Assembly: GCF_036971445.1 (NCBI RefSeq) | Contig: NC_091474.1 | Coordinates: 151,404,001 to 151,468,000, forward strand | Length of the DNA stretch: 64,000 nt | Source of the DNA: Narcine bancroftii | Lineage: Eukaryota | Direction: 5' to 3' | In this document: positions 51,890 through 64,000 of the stretch, piece by piece | How positions within the stretch are numbered: position 1 is the first letter of the stretch | Layout: each line of letters begins with the position of its first letter | The notes under the pieces: model-generated | Seen by the model: the letters and a program-made list of their open reading frames with translations, nothing else | Told to the model about the DNA's origin: nothing | Database searches by the model: none | Program-made: the position numbers and the translations under genes

Positions 51890-51990
51890 ATGACCTTGAC
51901 GAAGGGCTCAGGCCCACAATGTTGGTTGTATATATCTAACTCCTATGGATGCTGTGAGACCTGTTGAGCTCCTCCAGCATGTTTATGTTT
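51890..51990 (+). mobile_element. Isolated Penelope-like terminal repeat with hammerhead motif
   Basis: ACCTTGACGAAGGGCTCAGGCCCACAATGTTGGT...GACCTGTTGAGCTCCTCCAGCA. Confidence 0.75.
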
Positions 51991-53156
51991 TAGCTGAAGA
52001 TGCAGGAAAAAAGCACTCTGCGTGGAATCCTGAATTGATGTTGACGTTCCAGAGAAGAGAAGTAAAAACAAGTAGCCTCAACTCCAGCTACAAGTTCTTG
52101 AAATCCTTGTTTAAACAAGTGCATATTGTCCTTATGCAAGGGGAACAGGTGGATGAAACCCTAATGCCAAAAGGAAGCCCTATCTGAACCAAAGGGAACT
52201 TGTCAATGCAGAAGGAAGAGCAACTTTCCTCTTTCACTCATTGGGAATTTAGGAATGGGGACAAGTTGGTAAAGGAGGCAAGAAATAACAGTGTACATTC
52301 ATGAGGAATATTGGAAATGTCAATCCTTTCAGAATTGCTAAAGCACTTGCATAATTTTTAAAAAGAGGCAGATTTATTGAAAATCTGAAGCTTGGACATG
52401 CATGAATTATTGCCCAAAGCAGATGAGGTGCAAAATATTAGCTGGAAAGCATCGTGTGCTCTGATAACGCCACCAAGCCAAGCTTGAACATCATGGTCCT
52501 TATTATTAACAAAACTCTTTTGTGATTAGTTTCAACCAATTATATTTTATCAAAATGGGACCAGCTTCACAATAAGAAACAGGATATTTAAGCATGTGGA
52601 GAGTTTGAATAATCTTGCAATCAGCAAGAAAAAAAATGAAATAAACACCCTAGTGTAGAAAATAATACAATGGATGAGCAATTGAAGATCGTAGGAAGAA
52701 AATAGTTCTGAAAATTATTTCTTAAATCAATGAGCAACATAAAAACATCAAATGGCAAACAATTGCTCATTCTGTACAACAACACTGATTCAATTAGCAC
52801 CATTCATTCCAATCTCAATTCTGTAATTCTTTTCACGTCTCCTTTTTAAATATTTAGTCAGTTCCCTCCTAAGTAATGTGATGGTCTCCTTGTCAATGTC
52901 CATTTGGAGTAAAAAAAATTCTTCTAACATTCCCTGGGATTTTCCAGTGAATATTCTATGCCAATTATGATCCGTCTCACCACCACAACTTATCACTGCT
53001 TACACTCTGAAGCTCAGAACCACAACTCTGGACCTATTTTAACCTCTTTTCATTGTTTTAATAATAATGAAAAAAACCTTCGTTATAGGGTTGGAGCATG
53101 TGCATGTTATAATTTTAACATTCTAAAAAGTAAAGCCTCCCCACAAATATTATTTC

Positions 53157-53514
53157 AAAGTTTCCCAAACTTTTTCTTTCCACTCACATACCACCTTAAG
53201 TAATCCCTATGCCATAGGTGTTCTGTGATTAGGGATTGCTTAAGGTGGTATGTGGGTGGAAAGAAAAAGTTTGAAAACCACTGTTTTAATCATCCCTCAT
53301 TGACTCGTCATGTGCACGGTTTTAAAATTCCAAAGGAAATGGGCCGATGACAATATTTCTCAAGCAAAATATTTCAGTAATAATTTAGTCTACAGCAGTG
53401 GTTCTCAACATTCCCTTCCCATCTTAAGTAACCCCTTACTAATCACAGAGCACCGATGGCATTGGAATTACTTAAAGTGGGATGTGAGTGGAGAGAAAAA
53501 GTTTGGGAAATCCT
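53157..53514. mobile_element. Composite double-hairpin hAT-type MITE (copy 3 of 3)
   Basis: Same modules and spacer as 7895-8263, with internal CAGTGGTTCTCAAC and GTTTGAAAACCACTG. Confidence 0.8.
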
Positions 53515-54889
53515 AATAAAAGACCACATTTTTAAAAGGATTCTCAGCTGCTTGCCCAAGTAGAGGAAACTATTTTCTTTTTAAAAAAAATGTTTGACGA
53601 AATGTGGTGTACACTAATGTTGCATCCAGTCATACAAGGATAATTCTAACACAAGACTAATAGCTTTGTTCCACTTCAAAATTTCCTGCTGCCACATAAT
53701 ATCAATGTTTCTCACGCCATTGGCAATAGCTGCCTGCAGTTGCAGTACCTTAACATCATGAAAGAAGTGTGCTGTTCATACAGAATAAATGCACATCCCA
53801 AATACTTTGGCTCAAAAACACTTTGCTTTGTAAATTTTCACTTTAAAAGCAATAGAATCACGTCCGAGAAATTTCAGTCTATCAGCAACCATACATCAAT
53901 AGCATTGTGCTATTACTCAGCCATCTCTTGAGATAAAAATGAAAACTTATGAAAAACAGAAGCATTTCTGAGAAAAAAAAACACAACTTTACAGACCCCC
54001 AGAATGTGCAAATCAGTCTCACTTGCAGGACAAGCCCTGAAACAAAAGAGGGGCTTTTTAAAATAAAATCTTTTTGACCTTTTGGATGCAAGTATTTACA
54101 CAGCTATCATTTTTAGACAATAGTTGCAGATAACGGTTGAGATTCACAAATGGGTAAGCAGGTGGCAAGAGTATCACTGTCAGCCTGCAATACGCACACT
54201 CTGGTGCCGAACTGGGGGCGAGTCGGAAATTATGTACATAGCCTGCCAGATAGGCATCTGTTGTTCCAGGCAACAGAGTACCCGTTAAAAATCACACAGC
54301 AGATACAGATGTCCAGTGTGGCTAAATGGAAAACAGTAAGCTCCATACACTGTTTCCCACTAATCAGTTCCCATAAAATACATGCATTTCGCCCACTTGC
54401 CAACAGCTCTGCAGGAAGCAGGGTTTTTTTTTTCGATACACAATTATGTCATGTTGCTTTTGTGCATCAGAACCTTGAAAGATAAATAGTGGAGTTCTAT
54501 TAAAATAATGGAATATAAAAAGCAGTTAGTCATTAAATAAGCAATAGATGACATTGATCAATTATCTCAAACTTTAACACAAAATCATTTAGTAACAGCA
54601 AATGCTTTACATAACAACAAATATGGTCATTTCCGTCAGTGCTATCTATTTAATGCATTTGATTTTTTAAATACTATGATCTCCTGCTTGTCACAAGACT
54701 CTCCCCTCTTTGGTAATAGTCTGATCCCATGCAACCACATCTTTATATTTGAACCAGAGATTTTTGGATGTCATATCCATGCCATTATTGACTGCAAGTT
54801 TCCATCTTCTGAATATCATAGCCAATTTGGTCAAAGAAGGTGGGGGGGAGACAGAATGTATGGAACTATGGGCCAGTTAGTTTAATGCA

Positions 54890-56200
54890 ATAGTGGCAAG
54901 ATGCTAGTCAATAACCAATGAGGAAATTGGTGTCATATAGGAAAGATAAATAGAATCAAACCCAGTCAACGTGTTTTGATGAATGGGGAACCGTGCTTGC
55001 TCAAATTCTTCGAGAATGTGACAGTGAGAGCAGATGGAAGCAAACCTGTGTATGTCATGTGTTTACATTTCCAAAAGACAAAGAGAGTTTGGGAGAATGC
55101 AGCATAAATGAAAAGCCCAATGTATTGGAGGAAGCATGTGAGCATGGATTGAAAACAGGCAACCACATAGAAAACAGAGTTGGAATAAATGGGGCCTTTT
55201 CAGGCTGGAGGCATGTAATGACTAGAACACCCCAGGGATTAGCTCTTGACCTTCAATTGTTTACAATTTACATTAATGACCTTAAGGAGGGAATGAAATG
55301 CAAGGTTTCCAAGTTTCTTGAAGGATTTCAAAAATAGGTGAAAGAGCACAATATGATGAGGATGTTGCAATTCTGCAATTGGACATAGATAGTTTGCATG
55401 ATGGGGCAGAAACTTGGGAAATGGAGTTTATTGAGGGGAAGAGTGAGACCATACACTTTGATAGAGGAATAAAAAATTATTACAGTGGAACCCAATTTTA
55501 CGCGCCCTGATTTAATGCAAATTTGGATATAACGCAATGAGTAATTGGACCCCGATATATACAAGGTATGCTTAACATCCACGTTCTGTTCTTTGAGATA
55601 GGACGTTGAGCCCATTTTAAAAGGTGCAGTACCAGAGATAGCCACCCTGTGGCGCAGCGGATGTTTAGAAGAGGTACATCTAAATTATTAAATTATTAAA
55701 AAGTAATGTTTATCTTGGTGGGGAATTCATCGCATGGATGAAGGGGGAGTGTGCTGCTGTGAACGAAGAGGGTGGTGGGTTGTGTTCTGCTTTGGGAGGG
55801 GGTGCTGCTGTGAACACGGTGGGGGGGGGGGGGTGGGTGTTGCTGCGATCAATTTGTGTACATACAGCAAAACCCTGATTCAGTGCGACGCCACTTTTAT
55901 CACAATGTGATTTTTTTTGGACCCAAACCACTGCATTATGATGGGTTTCAATGCATCTTAATGGAAAGAAACTGCAAATGAGTGAAGCTCAGAAGTGTCT
56001 GGGTGTTCTAATTCATGGATCACAAAAAGAGGACAGGTAAATCCTATGCAGTTGAGAAGGCAAATGGCATTTTGGCCATCATTTCAAAGAGGTCGGGGTT
56101 TACAAATTAAGAAGTTGTTTTACAGTTGAAGAGAACGTTGGTGAGGATTACTGCGCAGTTTTTATTTCTTTACCTAACGGATAGAATGGCCCTGGAGTAG
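54890..56200 (+). mobile_element. Decayed CR1 RT fragment interrupted by a MITE
   Basis: Motif [29 protein letters not shown]. It resumes after 55953. Confidence 0.75.
55483..55953. mobile_element. Tigger-like MITE
   Basis: TA followed by CAGTGGAACCCAATTTTACGCG; degenerate right TIR CATTATGATGGGTTTCAATG. Confidence 0.65.
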
Positions 56201-57748
56201 TCCAACAAGCCTCCATTGTTCCTTTTCACCTGGATGAGGTAATATAAAAGTCTGTTGTGCTCATCCTGTCTTCCATTTCTATTTGTACTGTCTAATTCAC
56301 TCAGCATCTCTGAATTTTCTGACCTGCAATGGCTATTAGTTAAGTAAGAGAAAACAATAAGCTGATAGAGAAAATTGGGTCAGACAACATCCACAGCTAG
56401 AAATAGGCAGTCATTATTTCAGGTTAGGACCCTTGATCGAAACTAGTTAAGCAAGGCCTGATTTAAAGATTCTTATCTTTGCCTGTAAATCCTTTAAAGA
56501 TTCACTATACTGCATTCTTCACGTTGATACCATCTGAGATACCCACACTCCTCCATTTTTGGCCACAGCTTATTCTTGAATTCAATGTCAGCACCACTGA
56601 GAGCTGCAACTTCAGTTGCCAAGATCTTAACTTCCAGGGAAGTGATTCCAAACACCTTTTGTGCATCCTCCTGATTTACTACTTTGACCAGGACTTTGGT
56701 TATTCTGTTTAGTATCCTGCAGCTCAGCAATAAATCTTTTGTTTGACTCTTCTCGTGAATGTCACTGGTGTTTTTTTTTTGCAAGGTAAACAGGTGCTAT
56801 ATATATATTTGGAACTGTCATTATTGGTTCCTGTTGGATAATGTTATAGGTTAAAAATATATACTGTTCATTCCTAATGCATACATCTCGGAGGAACAGA
56901 TATTGTTCAGCTAAACTTTAACAATAAGAAAACACTAGCTACTGACAGATAATTTAAACGATGCCATTCAAATACTAATTTACTATTAGATGAGTGGTGA
57001 TTATCACTCTAGGTATAAACGAGACCCAAAATAATAATCTAAGTTCAGTGTTATTAATGCCCATTGGAGGAATAAATACGTTTTACTCATTATCATTTCA
57101 AACTACCAGACAATTTAAGTTTGCTAAATTAATTTCTGCTATAAAAAGCAGTCAATCTTTCTTTCCTTCCTGTTTAAAATGTTGTTTGTAATTAGAAAAT
57201 CCTTCCTCTAAATTTTTAATTACATCTGTATGCCTCCATATGACAGACCGAGATGATCTGCACAAAATAGACAGCATTGTACAAGGTAACACCCAGCGCT
57301 CTCATCAGGCCCAACCTTGTCAACAGTGAATGAACCTGACTTGATTCTTTTAAGTATTGAAATACATTACACTTTTCCTATTACTCAATTTTGCTTCATT
57401 TGAGGGCAAGGTCCCAGTGTTTAAGAGTTGGATGTATAGTCATGCATTTTGTCATCATTTTATGCCTCACCAACAGCAAGACAACAGAGCTGTGAAATGG
57501 ATGTAATCCACCTGAAATGAAAGTAGACAATGCTATATTCTCAAGTGCTGAATTTTCTTTGTTCCGTGTATTCTCTACTTCAGAGTACATGCTCATTTAA
57601 AAAAAAGTCATCAAGCATGAAGTTGCCATCACGTTGAACTCAGTCTCTATTACCTCACAAGAGGTAACGAAATCCACTGAATTCTCGAAAAAATTTTTTT
57701 TAAAAAAGACAGTGTTTTCCCATTGTTGGCAAATGAGATAACTGCTAT

Positions 57749-60700
57749 TGTGGAGCACACAATAATCACATCGACATGATGGAGTGATTAAACGGCTTTA
57801 ATTATCAAAAACCTGAACATTACTGATACACTAACTGGCCAGGTTCCTGGGACAGGAGCAAGTCCAGGTACACCAGGCTTTATTGGGAAATCTGGGGAGG
57901 AGCCAAGGGAGGGGTTAGGGAAGGTCAGGAGGTTTGGACTGGCTAGTCCGTACATCTATGCAAATACCTTTCAGCACATTTACCTCTTCTCTTAGATAAA
58001 ACCCAGTGGGGTGATATGGCGACATAGAGCACATACTGTACTTTATTACATATATACATTCCTCATAGTGTCCATCACAGCTTCAGCCTGCCCAGTGGTC
58101 TCGTGATTCTCTGTAACTTCTGAGGCGCTGGGCGAGCCCCTGTTGTTCCTGCGCCGAGCTGTGTGGGTTGAATTTCGGTTACAGAGCTCTTTTCTGCCTG
58201 TTCGGGTGGGCTCCTTGCTGGTGAGATCTCTGTGGGGCTGGTGACTGGTGCTGGGGGTTATGGGGGGGGGGGGGGGAAGGAATATGTCAAAATCCTGGGA
58301 CGTTGATGGGCGCTGTGTTGATTGTCTGTCTGGTTCTTCTGGGGTCACCTGCTCAGCATTAGTGTACCCTGCCTGGGCAAGGTCTCGTACTGACACCGAG
58401 TCCTCCCTCCCATCCTGGTACTGCACAAATGCTTATTATGGGTATGCGTATACCAGATGCATTTTTCCACCAGGGAATCTATCTTGTTGTGTCTAATAGG
58501 TCTGTGAAGAAGTATTGGCCCCAGAATCATCAGCCAGACTGGTTTCAGATGCCAATCTCCTGGGAAAAGAAAAGTTTCTCCTGGGTGGGGGGGGGGGGGT
58601 GGCATTTGTAGCCGTGAACAGCAAGGACCCGGTAGTGTGCAGTGCATCTGGTAGTACCTCTTGCCATTGGGAGACAGGCATCCCTTTTGACGTGAGGGCC
58701 AACAGGATTGCTCTCCAGATTGTACCATTCTCCCTCTTCACTTGCCCATTCCCGTGGGGGTTGTGGCTAGTAGTTCTGCTCATGGCTGTCCCCACTGCCT
58801 GTAGGTACTGGCGTAGCTCCTGACTCATGAAGGAGAAACCCCTGTCACTGTGTATGTAGCTGGGGTATCCAAACATAGTGAATATGGTCTGAAGTGCTTT
58901 GATGACCATGGCTGCAGTCATGTCCGTACAAGGGATAACAAACGGGAACGGGGAGTACTCATCCACTACATTCAGGAAGTACAGATTTCTGTATTGGATG
59001 GAAGGGGACCCTTGAAGTCCATACTAAGACGTTCGAAGGGAAGGGTTGCCTTAATCAGCTGGGCTCTATCTGGTCTGTAAAAATGTGGTTTACATTCGGC
59101 ACAGATCGAGCAGTTATGGGACAGTTCCCAAATCTCTTCAACTGAGTCGGGTAAATTTCTAGCCCTCACAAAGTAATACAGTTTTGTGACCCCGGGGTGG
59201 CAGAGCTTGCCCTGCAGGAACTCCAGACAATCTGCTGGTATGCTGGCACCTGTTCCCCAGGACAGAGCATCAGGTGGTTCATTAAGCTTCCTGGGCAGTT
59301 CTCATAAATTGTACATGGAGAGTTTGATGATCTTATCATTTTTTATTTTATCCCACTGTTAGTTGTTAAACATAAATGTGATGGCCCTCTGGTCCATCAG
59401 CAGGCTAAATAATACCTCTAGTGGCGCACAGCTTCCACTATGGCCTGCGCCTCTTTCCCAATTGCCGAAAGCTTGAGTTCCAGGCCCTGGAGTGTTCTAG
59501 AGAAAAATGCCACTGGCCTGCCTGCCTGATTCAGTGTGGCTGCTAGGGAAACATCAGAAGCATCATCTTTCCACTTGGAATGGGATGGATTCTTCAATGG
59601 CATGCATCACCGCCTTGGCAATCTCATCCTTGATACCCTCGAAGGATTAACGAGCCTCCGCTGATGGGGGTAAATCTATCGTCTTCACTAATGGCTGGGT
59701 CTTGGGGACCAAATGGGTATAATAGAAAAAGAACCAGAGGCACCTTTTCAGGGCTTTCAGGTTCTGGGGCAATGGTAGATCCTAAGGGTGAGCATTCTCT
59801 CAGGGTCCAGGGACACGATCCCTCCCTCCGCCACCTACCTTTGTATCACCAGCCGTGAAGTGCAGAACATGCACTTCTTCTAATTATACGTTAGTTTTTG
59901 CTGTGGTGAGGAATTCTAAGGGAATTCGTATTCTTCCACATCATGGCTGCATATAGTGACATTATCCAAATACGGGAACATTGCCTTTAGCTTGTGATCA
60001 TCCACCCTGCGGTATATCTCCCTTTGGAACACCGATACCCCATTCGTCAGACTGAATGGCACCCAGCGGAACTGCTACAGTCGGCCATCAGCTTCAAAAG
60101 CCTGTCTTCTGGGCAGGTTGGGATCTGATGGTGTGCTGACAAAGTCTATGGTGGAGAAGACCCGATATTGGGCTATCTCATTCACCATGTCAGCAAGTCA
60201 GGATGGGAGGGTAGGCATCCAGTAATGTAAATCTATTCACAGTCTGGCTGTAGTCAGAACCATCCAGTTTTCCTCCCCCCCCCCCCCCACCCCCACTTTT
60301 ACCACCAACACCCGAGCTCGCCGGGGCTGTTCTTGGGCTCAATGTCACCTTCGGCCAACAGCCTCTGGACTTCAGATTTAGTGAAATGTCTGTCCTCCAG
60401 GCTATATCTCCTGCTTTTGATGGCTATCAGTCTGCAATTATCTGATGTGCTCTAATAGCAGAGGCGAAGGGACCCGAAGTGGGGACAGCTCACACATACT
60501 CACCAGCTTGCTCTCATTGGGTGGGCCAAATTCTTTGTTCTTCCCCGTGATCTGGGGGGGGGGGGGGGGTGGACCGTCAAACTGCATTGTTACACTTTCC
60601 AGCTACACTGGAAGTCTAACCCCAGGATAACCGGCGCACAGAGTTTGGACATTACTGTGATCTTAAAATCCCTGTACTCCCTGCCCTGCACCCTTAAATC

Positions 60701-62256
60701 TACCCGACAGTACCCACACATCTCTGCAGACTGGGCTTTAGATGCCAGGGATATTCACCTTCAGTGCACAATGCTTTATTATGTCTGGGTGGATTAAACC
60801 TTTGGTTCTCCGTGTCAAACAAACACCCCATGATGCAACCCTCTACCTCGCTGTTCATCATTGATCGCGCTAGCTGGTGAGGTCTGTTCTGATCCAGTGT
60901 CACGGAGGCCAGGGTTAGGTCTGATTCAGTCACCATTGTATCATTCCTGTCCGTAATATGTCAGACTCGGCACCTCAGAAGATGACTGCCCCCAGTACTC
61001 ACACATGGCTGGGACCGGAGGTGAAGTTATCGATCGCTGATCCAGAGCTGAAAGTGACATTAACCATCATCGTCTTGGTGACCCGTCAAAGATGGTGACC
61101 CGTCCCTAGGATCACACGTGGAACTGCTGGTAGTGGGCTTCCCCCAGCACACCTTCGCATAGGGCCCTTTCTTTTTGCAATTTGAATACCCTGCGTTCCT
61201 GGCCAGGCAGGATTTCCGGGGGTGCATGGCCAGCCTGCAGAACCTGCACTTGCTGACCCTGGCCATCAGTGCCATATCCATTTGCTGGACCGCCGGCAGT
61301 GTAAGCCTCACAGCTTTGCACCGCAGTATCCATTGTCTCCCCCAAATCCAGTACTCCTTGCAACATACAGTTAATTTTTTTCCAGGAGTCCTTGATGGAC
61401 CTGGTTCGAAAGCATGCTTGGCAGCAGTCTGTTTCACTTCAGCTCATCAGCATACTCGGAGGCACTCACCACGGTACACCACAGAACAACATCAGACCAC
61501 AACCTCTGACCTCAGTCTCCCATAACCAGCTCTCTCATCACCCGTGCGAAATGTGTGAAGGGCTCCCCAGGGGCTTGACACCGGGTCATTAATTTGTACC
61601 TCGCATACATTGGGTTCGTTGGGGTCCCGTTCTGCTTTTGCAGCAGGGCCATCACCTTGTTGTACGTTAGGCAGTCTCTAATTATTCAAAACTCCCGATA
61701 GTTCATGGATGCAAACAGGAGATAGTACTTATCTTCAGCATCCCTTAGGTTGTGGTGGTGCATCCTGTGCAGCCATCTCTCAAAGGCAATGTCTGCGATG
61801 AGCTCCCTGGGTTCAATTGTGAGTGTAGTCAGCTGGCAAACTTCTCCCATTACCCGCTGCAGAGTTGATGCAGACCCCAGGGGGTGTGTCCGCTACTGCA
61901 CCACATGGCTGAGTCGACTTCACCATCTGTGGGCTGGATGATCGGGCATCTTCCAAATCGCTGCTCCCTTGTCCTGTATGTTGAGCTTCCATGGTTTTTG
62001 TTTTGGCCATTAAATTGTGGAGCACATAATAATCACGTCATCATGACGGAGTAATTAAATGGCTTTAATTACCAAAAACCTCAGCAATACTGATACACTA
62101 CTTGGCCAGGTTCCAGGTACAGGAGCAAGAAAGGCCAAGTCCGGGCACGCCAGCCTTTATTGGGAAATCTGGGGAGGAGCCAAGGGAGGAGTTAGGGAAG
62201 GTCAGGGAGGTTCAGACTGGTCAGTCCATACATCTATGCAAATACCTTTCACCACA
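57749..62256 (-). mobile_element. Gypsy/Ty3 LTR retrotransposon B, decayed, near full length
   Basis: LTRs 62016-62256 (5') and 57749-57978 (3'), about 89% similar by eye. Minus-strand PPT AAGAGAAGAGGTAAA. Gag knuckle region CRFC...CKKKGPYAKVC, protease CLFDT, RT FPYLDNVTIC, RNase H DASDVSLAATLNQAGRPVAFFSRTL, integrase DEYS..YIHSDRG..GNGQVKREN. Confidence 0.95.
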
Positions 62257-62427
62257 GTTCCTTTGGTACATCCAGCAAGAAAGGCACAAAATACTTCTCT
62301 TATTTCAGACCTCCTACATTTTTCATTCTTCTAATTTATATTCTCTACACTTGCAACACACCACTCTGAGGAGTAACCCCAACGTTGGCCACAAATCCTT
62401 GAGAAAAAGTGGTGCTATTATTAAATG

Positions 62428-62644
62428 GGTCAAGCAACACTTCACTTATGTATCTGCAGGATTGATTTGCTGCATCCAGTGTTCTGTTTGTGGTCTTCTC
62501 TACGACAGAGAGACTGGACACAAACAGAAGATTGTTTTACTGAACACCCTCGCTCTTCAGCGTTAGTAACAGTGACCTCCCTGTAGCCGACTATTTCAGC
62601 ACTGTGTCGCACTCCCATACTTACCTGTCTGTCCATGGTCTCAT
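62428..62644 (+). mobile_element. Penelope-like GIY-YIG fragment cut by a CR1 insertion
   Basis: VKQHFTYVSAGLICCIQCSVCGLLYDRETG, a degenerate form of the IYC...LYIGET motif. Confidence 0.75.
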
Positions 62645-64000
62645 AGAAACATAGAAGCATAGAAGATAGGAGCAGGAGTAGGTCATTCGACCCTTCAAGC
62701 CTGCTCCGCCATTCAACGAGATCATGGCTGATCTTAAAGTTCAGTATTCCGTCCCCGCCTTCTCTCCGTAACCTTTAACACCCTTATACTGAAGAAATAT
62801 ATCTAATTCCCTCTTAAATATATTTAATGAACCTGCCTCTACTGCCCTCTGTGGCAATTAATTCCACAGATTCACCACCCTCTGGGTCAAGAAATTCCTC
62901 CTCACCTCGGTCCTAAATGGTTTGCCTATTATCTCAAACCATGACCCCGGGTTCTGGATTTTCCCATCATTGGAAACATCCCATCTGCATCCATTCTGTC
63001 CAGTCCTGCCAGAATTTTATGTCTCTATGAGATCCCCTCTCAATCTTCTAAACTCCAGCGAGTACAATCCCAATTTGCGCAATCTTTCCTCATAAGTCAT
63101 TCCTGCCATTCCAGGTATCAGCCTGGTGAATCGCCTCTGCACTCCCTCCATTGCAAGAACATCCTTCCTTAGATAAGGTGACCAAAACTGCACACAATAC
63201 TCCAGGTGTGGTCTCACCAAGGCCCTGTACAGCTGCAGTAAGGTATCCTTGTACCTATACTCAAACCCTCTTGATATGAAGGCCAACATACCATTTGCCT
63301 TTTTAACCGCTTGCTGTACCTGCATGCTCGCCTTCAGAGACTGGTGTACAAGTACCCCTAGGTCTCTCTGCACTACCCCATCTCTTAATCTATTGCTATT
63401 CAAATAGTAATCTGCCCTCCGGTTTGTATTACCAAAGTGGATAACCTCATATTTATCCACATTGTAGTGCATTTGCCATGGATCTGCCCAGTCCCTCAAT
63501 TTATCCAAATCACACTGGATCTTCCTGACCTACTCTTCCGCGCACACAACCCCTCCTAGCTTAGTGTCATCTGCAAATTTGGAGATATTACATCCAATCC
63601 CCTCATCCAGATCATTAATGTAAATTGTGAACAGCTGGGGTCCCAGTACAGATCCCTGTGGCACCCCACTGGTCACCACCTGCCACTCAGAAAACGAGCC
63701 ATTTATCCCAACTCTCTGTCTTCTACCTGCCAGCCAGTTCTCAATCCACATCAATACTTTGCCCCCAATCCCATGAGCCTTGATTTTGTAAGCCAGTCGT
63801 TTATGCGGGACCTTATCGAAGGCCTTTTGGAAGTCCAGGTACACCACATCCACTGGCTCTCCCCCATCTATTTTACCTGTCCCCATCTCAAAGAATTCCA
63901 ATAGATTTGTCAAGCACGATTTACCTTTTGTAAATCCATGTTGACTCTGTCCGATCCCTTCTCTGCTAGTCATATGCTCCGCTATTACATCCTTAATAAT
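62642..64000 (-). mobile_element. Young CR1 LINE, RT domain to 3' end (continues beyond the window)
   Basis: Motifs [48 protein letters not shown] and RPHLEYCVQFWSP. One in-frame stop at 63530-63532, a frameshift near 63020, and a (TTCTATG)-type tandem tail. Confidence 0.96.

Overview
This is vertebrate genomic DNA, almost certainly from a cartilaginous fish (elasmobranch-type V-SINEs, CR1, Penelope and L1 families). The only host gene I can support is CYRIA (FAM49A) on the minus strand. Its first two coding exons lie at 4258-4327 and 1254-1375, and the remaining ~60 kb is upstream or 5'-UTR intron sequence. That space is crowded with decayed mobile elements: two near full-length Gypsy LTR retrotransposons, several solo LTRs, L1, CR1 and Rex/Babar LINEs, Penelope-like elements with minimal hammerhead-ribozyme motifs, SINEs, and hAT and Tc1/mariner MITEs, often nested. 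The most interesting signal is shared by the two Gypsy elements, whose LTR sequences are unrelated. Neither has a tRNA-type primer-binding site; each instead has a 12-14 nt sequence complementary to its own LTR poly(A)-signal segment, with the same geometry. One encodes an RT active-site motif YLDN rather than YxDD and the other YLNN (probably YLDN decayed at a CpG). Together these suggest a tRNA-independent, non-chromovirus Gypsy lineage. All repeat family names come from motif recognition by eye, not database searches, and many repeat boundaries are approximate.
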